The notes: a model not told the origin generated them from the sequence alone. Shown: positions 1 through 9,401, counted from the first letter of the stretch. The stretch is 64,000 bases of DNA from Candidatus Omnitrophota bacterium (GCA_041652815.1 JBAZGN010000001.1:97363-161362); one strand, 5' to 3'. Program-made: numbers and translations.

Positions 1-530
1 TAGACCCCGACTAAATACCCACCTACCATTCCCGATAAATTCCCTAAAATTGTAAGGCAGGGTAACATAAAAAATAATGCAATAAACCGCGGAACTGCCA
101 GGAACCTGACGGGATTTATTGCCATGGTATCAAGAGCCTCTATTTGTTCGCTGACTTTCATTGTGCCAAGTTCTGCTGCAAAAGCAGAACCAACGCGGCC
201 GGCAACGACAAGGGCAGTAAGCACCGGGCCAAGTTCCCTGCATAAAGAAACCGCAACTAAGGAAGCAACATAAAGTACAGCCCCCATTTTTTGAAGTTGA
301 TAAGCTGACTGCATAGCCAAAACTATGCCGGTAAAAATGGTTACAAAAAATACAATCGGGGCTGAACGAAGCCCAGTAAAAATCATCTGGCTGAATATAC
401 CCTCGCGCTGGGCGGATTTGCCTTTGAATGGGCCGATTATCATCCAGTATAATATATCCGCCAAAAGCTTGATTACGCCGCTTATATTCTTAATGAAGTT
501 AATTGTTGTTTTACCTATACCAGTTATCAT
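1..530 (-). CDS. mlaE: ABC transporter permease MlaE (phospholipid retrograde transport), 3'-end truncated by window edge
   Basis: Reverse-strand translation from ATG at 530 gives MITGIGKTTINFIKNISGVIKLLADILYW...LGPVLTALVVAGRVGSAFAAELGTMKVSEQIEALDTMAINPVRFLAVPRF, the MlaE/YrbE signature. The start ATG overlaps the TGA stop of the upstream STAS gene (ATGA). Not in the ORF track because no stop lies inside the window. Confidence 0.7.
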   Translation of the reverse strand, partial: MITGIGKTTINFIKNISGVIKLLADILYWMIIGPFKGKSAQREGIFSQMIFTGLRSAPIVFFVTIFTGIVLAMQSAYQLQKMGAVLYVASLVAVSLCRELGPVLTALVVAGRVGSAFAAELGTMKVSEQIEALDTMAINPVRFLAVPRFIALFFMLPCLTILGNLSGMVGGYLVGV

Positions 531-862
531 AAAAAATTACTTAATGCTGCTTCCCGCGTATCAAAGATTTCAAAAAGTTTGTGTAATTTAGTTACCTCAA
601 AAATATTCTTAACTTTTTGATTCATATTGCATATACGAAAGGTGCCGCCTATTTTTTTAAGCCGCTGCAGAAGTTCTATAAAAGTAGCAAGCCCTGAACT
701 ATCAATATAAGATACCTGAGAAAAATCTACAACTATTTTTGCTACATTAGCTTCAACAAAAGACTCAAAGGACTTACGCAGCTGCGGTGAAGTAGTTATA
801 TTAATTTCACCGCTTATGTTACAAATTGTTATTCCGCCTTTTTTTTCTTCAGTTATGTTCAT
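527..862 (-). CDS. STAS-domain anti-sigma factor antagonist (SpoIIAA/RsbV-like; possibly an MlaB-type STAS)
   Basis: 111 aa. Conserved STAS motifs (VDFSQVSYIDSSGLATFIELLQRLKKIGG). Followed by a GGAGG RBS. Confidence 0.75.
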   Translation of the reverse strand: MNITEEKKGGITICNISGEINITTSPQLRKSFESFVEANVAKIVVDFSQVSYIDSSGLATFIELLQRLKKIGGTFRICNMNQKVKNIFEVTKLHKLFEIFDTREAALSNFL

Positions 863-877
863 ATTGCCTCCTTAAAT

Positions 878-966
878 AGCTCTCAGCTCTCAGTTTTCAG
901 CCATCAGCTGCCCTTCAGGGGCACCCCTTGGGGGGCTGAACGCTGACGACTCATAGCTGAAAGCGT
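878..966. repeat. Stop-proximal palindromic repeat, cagc-heptad family, with core cagctgcccttcaggggcaccccttgggg
   Basis: Imperfect long inverted repeat made of (a/t)tcagc(t) units. A near-identical core copy sits at 57741-57830. Confidence 0.6.
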
Positions 967-1362
967 TTAAAATAATTTTACCATTTTAATCGTACTTCCG
1001 CCATTAGAAAACCTTACACCGTCCATAAGCTTTTTTATGAGAAAAATACCTCTACCTGAAGGTTTTTTTATGTTTTTGCCTTTTGTAGGAGAAGGTATAT
1101 TTTTATAATCAAATCCCTTACCTTGGTCCTTTACAATTATTTCTATAATATGGTTTATAAATTTAACGGCTATGTAAACCAGCTTTTTCTTATCTTTTTT
1201 ATTTCCATGTTTTATGGCATTGACCAATGCTTCCTCAAGGCACAGTCGCACATCAAATAAAATATCTTCTTTTACGCCTTGTGACTTTAATTTTTGGAAA
1301 ATTTCCAATGTGACAGGCAGGATGTTTTTCAAATCGGAATTTATTTTATATTTTATAATCAT
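967..1362 (-). CDS. Anti-sigma regulatory factor (Ser/Thr protein kinase, HATPase_c; RsbW/SpoIIAB-like)
   Basis: EEALVNAIKHGNKKD...VKDQGKGFD...GRGIFLIKKLMD motifs. Start moved to MIIKYK because the upstream part of the ORF runs into a GC-rich repeat. Confidence 0.65.
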   Translation of the reverse strand: MIIKYKINSDLKNILPVTLEIFQKLKSQGVKEDILFDVRLCLEEALVNAIKHGNKKDKKKLVYIAVKFINHIIEIIVKDQGKGFDYKNIPSPTKGKNIKKPSGRGIFLIKKLMDGVRFSNGGSTIKMVKLF

Positions 1363-1439
1363 TTTAAAAAAATAAATTAAATGAACCTCCCCGTCATAAA
1401 TGGCGGGGTTTCTTTGAAAAATTTGGCAAAGATTCATTC

Positions 1440-1560
1440 CTCCGAAGCCAAACTCTGCTTCGCCCCTTGCGAGCAAGTTCCGGTGGGGCTTCGCAGGAGC
1501 TCCTTCGCCTTTATCCCCGGACTAAAGTCCGGGATTCTCGGCGAAGGAGAATAAATATCC
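1440..1560. repeat. GC-rich structured intergenic element
   Basis: Shares the motif ggactaaaGtccgggaTtctc with 2581-2619. Internal inverted repeats ctccttcgcc...ggcgaaggag. GC content far above the local background. Confidence 0.5.
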
Positions 1561-1658
1561 CAGGCAAACAATTTGCGGGACAGTTACAAGCGGCAGCCAA
1601 ATGACTGGTTCTTTCTATATTTGTCCCATACCCCATACAAGTCATTAGCTATAGTTTT

Positions 1659-2003
1659 TTAAGCTTGTACTTTCTTCAAGTCTTTGGTAAGAAAATAACT
1701 AAGTATAGTCCTGATTACTACAATTGCTCCAAGTATCCCAAGGCTTTGCCAGGTTGGGGTAATTATAGTCTTAACAATGTCTCCGGCAATAAAAAACTCA
1801 AGCGCCAAAACAAGGTAACTGCCCAATTTAATCCTTATTGCTTCATTTAGTTGTATTGTTTCTGTACGGTTTAATATCTCTTTTTTTAAGAATTCAGCTA
1901 AAGAAATCAGCGTGCCCCAAACAGTAATTAACGCACCGATTATATTAAATGTAAAACTTATTTTATCTATAGCGATATGCCAAATATCCATACCAACCTC
2001 CAT
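1659..2003 (-). CDS. Small polytopic membrane protein (DUF1622-like)
   Basis: 114 aa with three predicted TM helices. Confidence 0.45.
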   Translation of the reverse strand: MEVGMDIWHIAIDKISFTFNIIGALITVWGTLISLAEFLKKEILNRTETIQLNEAIRIKLGSYLVLALEFFIAGDIVKTIITPTWQSLGILGAIVVIRTILSYFLTKDLKKVQA

Positions 2004-2011
2004 TTGTTTGA

Positions 2012-2407
2012 TTAGGCTAAATCTATTTCTATATTTTCGGTATGTATTACCGTATTATGGATGGGGCAATTTTTCATAAATCTTAAGAAAACTTCTCGCT
2101 CTTTACCATCAAGCTTTGCATCTGTATGCGCCTTTATCTTTATCTCCACCAAACGCGTAGGGAAATCTTTTGAAAACTCGGCATTTGCGCTAACTCGTAG
2201 TTCCTTAAATTCTATGGAATGTTGGGTGAGGTACTTTTTAGCATAAACACATACACAGCTTGCGAGGCTTCCCAGAAATAGCTCTAAAGGATTTGGGCCG
2301 CAAGCTTTTTCTTTGCTTAAATCTACATAAACGCTTGTGCCTGAAGAAGAAAAATTAGCTAAAAATCTGTCTTTTTCTTCTGCTTTTACCTCTACGCTTA
2401 TTGCCAT
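2012..2407 (-). CDS. OsmC/Ohr family peroxiredoxin-like protein
   Basis: C-terminal 132 aa (MAISVEVKAEEK...GPNPLELFLGSLASCV...) match OsmC. The ORF-track N-terminal extension is a read-through of the GC-rich repeat and was trimmed. Confidence 0.7.
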   Translation of the reverse strand: MAISVEVKAEEKDRFLANFSSSGTSVYVDLSKEKACGPNPLELFLGSLASCVCVYAKKYLTQHSIEFKELRVSANAEFSKDFPTRLVEIKIKAHTDAKLDGKEREVFLRFMKNCPIHNTVIHTENIEIDLA

Positions 2408-2439
2408 AAGTATTTTGTGCCAGGTAAAGTTCCTGTTTT

Positions 2440-2650
2440 CAGGTTGGATTATACCACTCCGGAGCCCCGTGTGCAAATCCCGTCGAACCTTCCTGTCGGC
2501 CACTTCGCGGAGCGACGTCTCCCCAGCCCAACAGGGCGTCCTGTTGGACAGAAATCGCCTGACTCTCTGAGGGGCGATTTCGGGGACTAAATCCCGGGAA
2601 TCCTCCGGATTCCTCGGGGCCCTTGAGGGATTAGCGGAAATTTGCACTGC
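2440..2650. repeat. GC-rich structured element (repeat or ncRNA) in the osmC leader
   Basis: About 60% GC within a ~35% GC region. Multiple hairpins (ccaacaggacgccctgttgg, cgaaatcgcccctcagagagtcaggcgatttc). Shares a motif with 1515-1549. Confidence 0.45.
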
Positions 2651-2715
2651 TTTTTTTAATAAGCACAGCATTTTTCCAAGCCGTGAAGCGGCGCAGAAAA
2701 AATGCTAGTGCGAAT

Positions 2716-2882
2716 TCACCCCCCACCACTTTTAGTAATGAACGATTTTTCTGTAAGGCATTCATTCTCTCTCAAACCCACCGCATTTTTGTAACAAGAT
2801 GCTTTCTAAAAGTGGTGGGGGGTTAATTCGGCTACGTTAATTTTCTATGCCGAAGGCATAGAAAATTAAACTGCCTCATTAA
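2716..2882. repeat. Dispersed repeat, aattcggctacg...ctgcctcatta family
   Basis: Layout: a G-rich hairpin (ccccccaccactttt/aaaagtggtgggggg), then ttaattcggctacg, then a second hairpin, then ctgcctcatta. Copies also at 32658-32756, 46125-46288 and 54281-54352. Confidence 0.55.
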
Positions 2883-3012
2883 AAAAAATAGAGCCGGCTA
2901 AATTCTAAGTCGGCTCTACGCCTCCACTAAAGACCCGCCTTTGTGAGGGTCACGGTTTTAAATCGTAACCCACAAAGGTCGGCTCATCGCCTCCCCACCA
3001 TCCCTATTAAAT

Positions 3013-3504
3013 CTACCACTTAAGGATATCTATTTTAAAACCCTCATTAGGATTTTCAACTTTATACTGCGGTTCCATTAAAGGTTTATCATAAGGCGCA
3101 AGCCCGAAAGTAGCAACATCAACAACGCCTGAGGCGCCCCTGGCTAAACCTGAAACAATCCCTTCTCCAAACCCTAAGGTAACGCCCAAGAAAAGATTGT
3201 CTCTTTCGGATACTTCGGCAATTTTTCCAGGAATATCCACCCAGGAAGTAGTTGTATTGACTATGCCAACTCCCATTTTCTCAACCGGAGTATTAGCGTA
3301 GGATTTGCTTCCTAAATCAAGTTTTGTTGGTTGTTTTAAAGCTGAACCTTGTGGTGTAGCCGGAGTTATACGGTATGTATTAATTTCACTCATAGTAATC
3401 GGATCTGCTGCTGCCTGAGGTGCTTGAGCGTAAGCTGCATAAGCTGTTAAGTCCATCGACAATAAAAAAACCAGCGTAAAAATAATACTTTTGCTCTTTC
3501 TCAT
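3013..3504 (-). CDS. Secreted protein of unknown function with signal peptide
   Basis: Cleavable signal peptide ending AYAAYAQAP. Gly-rich C-terminal half. Confidence 0.45.
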   Translation of the reverse strand: MRKSKSIIFTLVFLLSMDLTAYAAYAQAPQAAADPITMSEINTYRITPATPQGSALKQPTKLDLGSKSYANTPVEKMGVGIVNTTTSWVDIPGKIAEVSERDNLFLGVTLGFGEGIVSGLARGASGVVDVATFGLAPYDKPLMEPQYKVENPNEGFKIDILKW

Positions 3505-3517
3505 CGGATACCTCCTC

Positions 3518-3790
3518 TTAAAGGCTTTTTGGCTTGGTTAAACCTATACGTATTTGTTCAAACAATTTTCTTTTCAAGGCTTCATCAGAATCAACATTTT
3601 GCGCAGAAAGCCCTATTTCTTTCGAAAAATCAATAAGTGCGCGCAGGATTTCATTATAGGAAAGCTTATGCCCTGTTGAGAACAAGGCATCTTTTCCTAA
3701 TTTATCCAGAAATTCAAGCTCATCCCTATCAAGCATTGTTATAACCCGGTGCTTGATGTTTCCATGTTTTTCCATATCTTTATTTTCCAT
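3518..3790 (-). CDS. Hypothetical small protein (possibly ribbon-helix-helix-like)
   Basis: 90-aa ORF with a GGAGG RBS. Confidence 0.4.
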   Translation of the reverse strand: MENKDMEKHGNIKHRVITMLDRDELEFLDKLGKDALFSTGHKLSYNEILRALIDFSKEIGLSAQNVDSDEALKRKLFEQIRIGLTKPKSL

Positions 3791-4165
3791 TTTTGCCTCC
3801 TCTTTTCTATATAAACCCCGTTTTATGCCGGGGGATAAAATAGAAAACCCCTAGCAAAGCTAGGGGCTAAAAATAAGAAAACCTTGAGGCAAACTCAAGG
3901 TTAAACGTCCCTTTCTGGCGGCCAGGCTGCCCTTTTAGGGGCCCTTTAGCTTTGCGTCCTCCGATTACTCGGAGTTTGCCTTTTTCAGTAAGTCAAATTG
4001 TCAAATTGTCACTTTGTCACTTTCTACCTTTTATATAACATATTTTTGCATAACTTTCAAGTTAACTCAGAAAATACCTGCGAAGTGTGCATTTTCTGAG
4101 TTAAGCTAAAAGCCCAATAAAATCAATGATTTTTTGCCGAATTAGGCCCTCTGAAGTGCCCGCTG

Positions 4166-4561
4166 CTACAGGTCTATCACCTTAAAACGCATGCGCTTCT
4201 TTCGAGAAAGCCGGCGTTTGTCTTCAAGAATTTTCCTTTTGAGCCTTGCGGGTTTTCGACGGGTCATTCTTCTTATTTTTTCCGCTTCGCTTTTTGCTTT
4301 GCGGATTTGCCTTAATTGGTATTCTTTAATTTTTTCAGCAAGAATCTTTCTTGCCACATACCGGTTCAATGCCTGCGAACGCTCTTTTTGGCATTTAACT
4401 TCTATGCCGGTTGGAATATGCTTTAAGTAAACGCAGCTTGAGGTTTTATTAACAAATTGCCCGCCAGGGCCGCTTGCTCGTATAAATTTTTCAACAATAT
4501 CTTCCTCGCGGATGCCTGCTTGTTGAAATGTATCCTCTAGTTTAAAGCTTTTCTTTCGCAT
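4166..4561 (-). CDS. arfB: Alternative ribosome-rescue factor ArfB (peptidyl-tRNA hydrolase, RF-1 domain)
   Basis: GGQ motif (ASGPGGQFVNKTSS) followed by a basic C-terminal tail, about 130 aa. Confidence 0.6.
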   Translation of the reverse strand: MRKKSFKLEDTFQQAGIREEDIVEKFIRASGPGGQFVNKTSSCVYLKHIPTGIEVKCQKERSQALNRYVARKILAEKIKEYQLRQIRKAKSEAEKIRRMTRRKPARLKRKILEDKRRLSRKKRMRFKVIDL

Positions 4562-4601
4562 AGGCCAATACAAAGATATTTTTCCGGAAAGTAGGATTTA
4601 C

Positions 4602-5195
4602 CTAGTTTCTAAGCGCCCCCTTTATTGTATTCTCTATCATATCCTTCACTGAAGAAAGTGAGAATTTGTTATAACCGGAAGGCACTTCAAATAAACTATC
4701 CGGCTGTTTGCCTACATTTATATTTCGATACTCCACTTGCCAGCTGCCATCTTCCGCAACGGTTTTAGCGGGAATGCCCAAATCGGGCAATATCCAAGAA
4801 TAAACTGCCTGGGTTTTACCAGCGGCGCTATAAACTATATAATATTTATCGGCTACTTTGCCGCCTAATGTTTCTTTTCCGATTAATTTTCTTTCAATTT
4901 CACCCGGCATCTTATTGTTTCCGGCAATGATACTGCTTGATGTTAAAGGTACCTCCATATATGTTTTTTCCTTTGGCATAAGTATCCAGGCTATATTTTT
5001 ATCAATACGTGAAATTGCAATCACCTCGTTTGTCTCCATTCTGGCTTTTCCGGGAGCATTATAGATTTTTCCGGAAACTTGTTTGCCCATGGTGGTTGAG
5101 CTAACATCGGCAGAAAATTCTTGAGCAAAAAGACTGTTTAAAATAACGAAAGAAAAAATAATAAAGATAAAAAATATTTTACCTATTCGTTTCAT
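4602..5195 (-). CDS. Secreted or periplasmic protein of unknown function (LolA/DUF4412-like size)
   Basis: Signal peptide MKRIGKIFFIFIIFSFVILNSLFA. Beta-rich. Confidence 0.4.
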   Translation of the reverse strand: MKRIGKIFFIFIIFSFVILNSLFAQEFSADVSSTTMGKQVSGKIYNAPGKARMETNEVIAISRIDKNIAWILMPKEKTYMEVPLTSSSIIAGNNKMPGEIERKLIGKETLGGKVADKYYIVYSAAGKTQAVYSWILPDLGIPAKTVAEDGSWQVEYRNINVGKQPDSLFEVPSGYNKFSLSSVKDMIENTIKGALRN

Positions 5196-5330
5196 AGCCC
5201 CCCCCTACCTTTTATTCGTATAAACACATTATTCTATTGCGGAATCGAAATATTTATTGAATTAAATCCCCGCAATCATTGGGACTGCGGGGAAGATTGT
5301 ATCGGTTAAATAATAAATTAAATTGTTAGA

Positions 5331-5642
5331 TTATTTTTGCTTCATTTTTGGGCACATCATTCCTTCCGAAGAGCCTTCTCTTTGTGGCATACCCATCATC
5401 GAATGCTTCATCATTGCTCTTTTCATAAACATTCCGGGATACATTCCTTTGCTTGTCTTATAAATTCCGCCGGTAAAAACTAAAATTGTCGTAAGCCAAA
5501 TAAGTGCAACAATCACATAGCCAAAAACTTTTAGTGTATGCGTTTTAACATTGCCAAGCACAACCAAAATAAAAAAGCTAAGCGACAAGAGAAAAATTAC
5601 CGGGAGAAGCAAAAATACCATCGAGCATAAAGCCATAACCAT
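5331..5642 (-). CDS. Small membrane protein with Met-rich C-terminal tail (possible Cu(I)/metal binding)
   Basis: Two TM helices, then GMYPGMFMKRAMMKHSMMGMPQREGSSEGMMCPKM. Start trimmed to MVMALC because the ORF N-terminus reads through the palindrome at 5650-5760. Confidence 0.4.
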   Translation of the reverse strand: MVMALCSMVFLLLPVIFLLSLSFFILVVLGNVKTHTLKVFGYVIVALIWLTTILVFTGGIYKTSKGMYPGMFMKRAMMKHSMMGMPQREGSSEGMMCPKMKQK

Positions 5643-5777
5643 AATGACCTCCTTGTTTATAGTTCCCCAGTGACCCAATCCCCAGTTCCCCAGTTTTGAC
5701 TGGGACACTGGGCACCTGGGGCTCTGGTGCACTTTTCTGTGGTATTTTACCACTTTACTTGTTTTAGGCAATAACTG

Positions 5778-7442
5778 CTAAGTATGCAATATTTCTTTCA
5801 AATCATTATCAGGAGTTGTAATCGGTTTAATGTTAAACTTCTCAATTAATATGTTTAATATGTCAGGGCTCACAAAAGCAGGCAAGGTTGGGCCCAAGCG
5901 TATATTTTTTATACCAAGAGAAAGCAGAGTAAGTAAGACACACACTGCTTTTTGCTCATACCAGGAAAGAATCAAGGACAGAGGAAGATCGTTCACGCTG
6001 CATTTAAATGCATCAGCCAAAGCAACTGCTATTTTTATTGCCGAATAACTATCATTACACTGCCCGCAATCGAGGAGCCTTGGGAAAAGCCCGATTGAAC
6101 CTAAATCCAGCCTGTTAAAACGGAATTTGCCGCAGGCAAGGGTAAGTATTATGCAGTCATTCGGCACTTTTTGCACGAATTCGGTGTAATAATTTCTTCC
6201 CGGCTTTGCTCCATCACAGCCGCCAACAAGGAAAAAATGCCTCACGGCCTTCGATTTAACTGCCGCAATTATTTTATCGGCTAAGCTTAAAACTGCATTA
6301 TGGCCGAAACCGACAACTATTTCTTTCTCGATTGCATCTTCTTTGAACCCGCCTAATTCTTTTGCTTTCTGTATTGCGCGGTTAAAATCTTTTTTTCCGG
6401 CTATGGCATTTATGTGCTCTACTTGCGGCCAGGAAACTAAACCTGTTGTAAATATCCTATCTTTATAAGATATGCGTGGCTCTTGGATGCAATTTGTCGT
6501 CATAAGAATAACTGCCGATATGTTGTCAAATTCTTTCTGTTGGTTCTGCCAGGCACCTCCGAAATGGCCGGCAAGATGTTTATATTTTTTAAGCTCAGGA
6601 TAGCCGTGCGCCGGAAGCATTTCGCCATGAGTATAAATATTTACGCCGGCATCTTTTGTTTGTTCAAGCAATTGTTTTAAGTCATAAAGGTCATGACCGG
6701 ATACGATAATTGCCGGGCCTCTTTTAACACCCAGCATAACTTTTGTAGGAACAGGGTTACCAAAACAGCTAGTATGCGCACTATCCAATAATTCAAGGCA
6801 TTTTAAGTTAACTTTACCGAATTCCATAATCAAGGATAAATAGTCATCAGCTGACAACTTATCATCTAATAATGCGGATAAACCTTTATGAAAAAATGAA
6901 GTTACGTCTTCATCGTGCCTGCCTAATATAGCTGCATGGTCGGCATAAGCAGCCATGCCTTTAAGCCCATAAAACAATATTTCCCGCAGGCTCTGGACAT
7001 TTTTATCTACGCTGCCTGATATGACCCCGTAAGCCTTGCCCTGCTCAATAAGTGCCTCTAAAGAAGATTCCGGCTTGAAGATGCAGGCAGGCGGCAATAC
7101 GGCAGTAAATTTTTTTCCGAATTTATTTTCATATCCTTCAAAAAAAAGTTTTTTTATTTTTTCTTTAACCTCGTAAGCTTTATATATCATTTCGGAAATT
7201 TTATGGCTTGAAAAATTCACATTTGTAACCGTTGTAAATAAACCTTCTATCACAAATAAATCTACATCTTTATCTTTAATGCCTAAGTCGCGGGCTTGCT
7301 TTGCGTATACTGAGATGCCTTTTAAACTGTAATTTAAAAGGTCCTGCAGGATAGCAACATCGGATGTTTTTCCGCATACGCCTTTAACGGTACAACCCTC
7401 GCCTTTTGCCGTTTGTTCACATTGCCTGCAAAACATTGCCAT
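5778..7442 (-). CDS. hcp: Hydroxylamine reductase / hybrid-cluster protein
   Basis: N-terminal MFCRQCEQTAKGEGCTVKGVCGK cysteine cluster. 554 aa with full-length Hcp architecture. Confidence 0.9.
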   Translation of the reverse strand: MAMFCRQCEQTAKGEGCTVKGVCGKTSDVAILQDLLNYSLKGISVYAKQARDLGIKDKDVDLFVIEGLFTTVTNVNFSSHKISEMIYKAYEVKEKIKKLFFEGYENKFGKKFTAVLPPACIFKPESSLEALIEQGKAYGVISGSVDKNVQSLREILFYGLKGMAAYADHAAILGRHDEDVTSFFHKGLSALLDDKLSADDYLSLIMEFGKVNLKCLELLDSAHTSCFGNPVPTKVMLGVKRGPAIIVSGHDLYDLKQLLEQTKDAGVNIYTHGEMLPAHGYPELKKYKHLAGHFGGAWQNQQKEFDNISAVILMTTNCIQEPRISYKDRIFTTGLVSWPQVEHINAIAGKKDFNRAIQKAKELGGFKEDAIEKEIVVGFGHNAVLSLADKIIAAVKSKAVRHFFLVGGCDGAKPGRNYYTEFVQKVPNDCIILTLACGKFRFNRLDLGSIGLFPRLLDCGQCNDSYSAIKIAVALADAFKCSVNDLPLSLILSWYEQKAVCVLLTLLSLGIKNIRLGPTLPAFVSPDILNILIEKFNIKPITTPDNDLKEILHT

Positions 7443-7453
7443 AAACCCTCCTT

Positions 7454-7852
7454 CTATTTTAAAAGTGAAGCTATGCTTATTGATCCCAGTTCATTAACTA
7501 CATATTTTTCTATATTGTTTATTTTTTTTCTAAGTAAGCATGTTCTTTCATTCGGGCATTTCATTTTTTTAAAAAAACATTCGTTTAACTTTAATGGCCC
7601 CTGAAAAATCTCTAATAATTCTGTTAAAAATATATCTTTGACCGGTTTTGCCAGGACAAATCCACCTCCTGCTCCTTTACAGGAACATAAAATACCTTTA
7701 TTGTTCAAAATCTGAAGTATCTTTCTTAAAAACGGCTGGGGCATCTTTAGTTCTTTGACCAATTCAGATACCGAAACTTTCCTATTCTTAGCCTTGGCGA
7801 TAAAACAAACTGCTCTTAATGCATAATCCGTGTCTCGAGTAATTAGTTTCAT
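7454..7852 (-). CDS. Rrf2-family transcriptional regulator (NsrR/IscR-like)
   Basis: HTH MKLITRDTDYALRAVCFIA plus three Cys (CSCKGAGGGF...). Immediately upstream of hcp. Confidence 0.8.
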   Translation of the reverse strand: MKLITRDTDYALRAVCFIAKAKNRKVSVSELVKELKMPQPFLRKILQILNNKGILCSCKGAGGGFVLAKPVKDIFLTELLEIFQGPLKLNECFFKKMKCPNERTCLLRKKINNIEKYVVNELGSISIASLLK

Positions 7853-8049
7853 ATTTGTTATTTTTTGATATTTGCGGCCACAAGCTTAAGGCCTCAATTC
7901 TAAACTGAAGCCTTAAGCCTATATAGCCTAGAAAGGCAGTTTAAAGTCTTGCCTGGGACAAAGTACGGCAACCCTCTTTGCAGTGAGTTACCGGCCTGAT
8001 TAGCCAGCGTATATAAGTTCTTGCCATAATCCACCCCCTTTCTAATTTA

Positions 8050-8078
8050 AATGATACCATATTAGTATCATTTGTCAA
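8050..8078 (-). promoter_or_regulatory. Putative sigma70 promoter (TTGACA-16-TATCAT) overlapped by an 8-7-8 palindromic operator aatgatac-N7-gtatcatt
   Basis: Read from the sequence upstream of rrf2-hcp. The geometry is typical of an autoregulated Rrf2 operator. Confidence 0.4.
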
Positions 8079-8184
8079 GTAAAATTTTTCCTTTTTTTGA
8101 AAACGTTTTTAAGCTAAGGCAGAAAGTTACTTTAAGCCGGCGATGATAGCCTGCGAATTTCCCGCAAGCAGGACGTGAGCCTTA

Positions 8185-8763
8185 TTAATAATTCTCGGCT
8201 AAAACTTCGTAAAATGCCTGGGGATGTTTGCAGGCAGGGCACTGATCTGGAGCCTTATCTGATTCAATGATATATCCGCAGTTTATGCAATGCCATTTTA
8301 CGGGCTTTTTCTTTTTAAAAACCTCTCTGCTGGTGATGTTGTTTATTAATTTTCGATAGCGCGTTTCATGAAACATTTCTACCTTGGAAATATGCTCGAA
8401 TGAATTCGCAATCTCGGTAAAACCTTCTGCTTCGGCTGTTTTGGCAAAATCAGCATAAAGCGTTGTCCATTCAAGATTTTCTCCTGCTGCGGCTGCTTCA
8501 AGATTTGATTTTGTATCGCGTATCTGTCCTGCGGGGTAACTGGCTGTAATTTCTACATCCGAGCCCTCAAGATATTTAAAAAATACCTTGGCGTGTTCTT
8601 TTTCATTTTCTGCTGTTTCGGTAAAAATATTCGCTATCTGCTCAAAGCCTTCCTTCCTGGCGGCGCTTGCAAAATATGTATAACGATTTCTTGCCTGAGA
8701 TTCTCCGGCAAAAGACGCCAGTAAATTTTTTTCGGTCTTACTTCCTTTGATTGACTTTGCCAT
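8185..8763 (-). CDS. rbr: Rubrerythrin
   Basis: Ferritin-like diiron domain ([10 protein letters not shown]...EKEHAKVF...) plus C-terminal rubredoxin CxxC...CxxC (CINCGY...CPACKHP). Confidence 0.9.
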   Translation of the reverse strand: MAKSIKGSKTEKNLLASFAGESQARNRYTYFASAARKEGFEQIANIFTETAENEKEHAKVFFKYLEGSDVEITASYPAGQIRDTKSNLEAAAAGENLEWTTLYADFAKTAEAEGFTEIANSFEHISKVEMFHETRYRKLINNITSREVFKKKKPVKWHCINCGYIIESDKAPDQCPACKHPQAFYEVLAENY

Positions 8764-8834
8764 GTTTAGCCTCCTATTTAGTCCATAGTCGATAGATTTT
8801 TACTGTGGACTATGGTCTATAGACTGTGGACTGA

Positions 8835-9401
8835 TTATTTTTTTAGATATGCCTTTATTATTTTTACCTCAGAAACCGGCTTATCAGCTGCGCCGGTTTC
8901 TGTATTTTCTATTGCTTCCACCACATCATACCCTGAAATAACTTCGCCGAAAATTGTGTGCTTCATATTAAGCCATGGAGTAGCTGCAGTTGTAATAAAA
9001 AACTGGCTGCCGTTGGTATTAGGGCCGGCATTAGCCATGGCAAGTAAGCCGGGTTTGTCGAATTTAACGCCTGGGGTAACTTCGTCTTCAAAAGGCTTGC
9101 CGCTTGCAGATTTCCCGCCCATTCCCGTACCTGTGGGGTCACCGCCCTGAATCATAAAATCCTTTATTACTCTATGGAAGATAATGCCGTTATAATAACC
9201 TTTTTCTACAAGCTTTGTAAAATTTTCGCACGCCTTTGGCGCAACAGACGGCATAAGTTTAATTTCAATATTTCCCTTGTTTGTTTCTAAAACTACTATT
9301 TCATCCATAGCAAATGCCTCCTTACAAAAACTACCAATAAACAACCCAAGAACAAGCGCAATGATTAACTTTTTCATTTGGCACCTCCCTTTGTTGCGCA
9401 A
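8835..9401 (-). CDS. ppiB: Peptidyl-prolyl cis-trans isomerase, cyclophilin type, secreted
   Basis: FHRVIKDFMIQGGDPTGTGMGG and SQFFIT motifs. N-terminal signal peptide. Confidence 0.85.
   Translation of the reverse strand: MRNKGRCQMKKLIIALVLGLFIGSFCKEAFAMDEIVVLETNKGNIEIKLMPSVAPKACENFTKLVEKGYYNGIIFHRVIKDFMIQGGDPTGTGMGGKSASGKPFEDEVTPGVKFDKPGLLAMANAGPNTNGSQFFITTAATPWLNMKHTIFGEVISGYDVVEAIENTETGAADKPVSEVKIIKAYLKK

Noticed and set aside
325-591. 88-aa plus-strand ORF
   Set aside because: It lies antisense to the well-supported mlaE coding region. It has no RBS and low-complexity composition.
8812-9150. 112-aa plus-strand ORF antisense to the cyclophilin gene, and similar antisense ORFs (11346-11789, 30116-30580, 31204-31905, 38418-38774, 40299-40742, 44622-45022, 52700-52987, 60268-60960)
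   Set aside because: All overlap strongly supported genes on the opposite strand. They are Ser/Pro/Leu-rich, as is typical of antisense frames.
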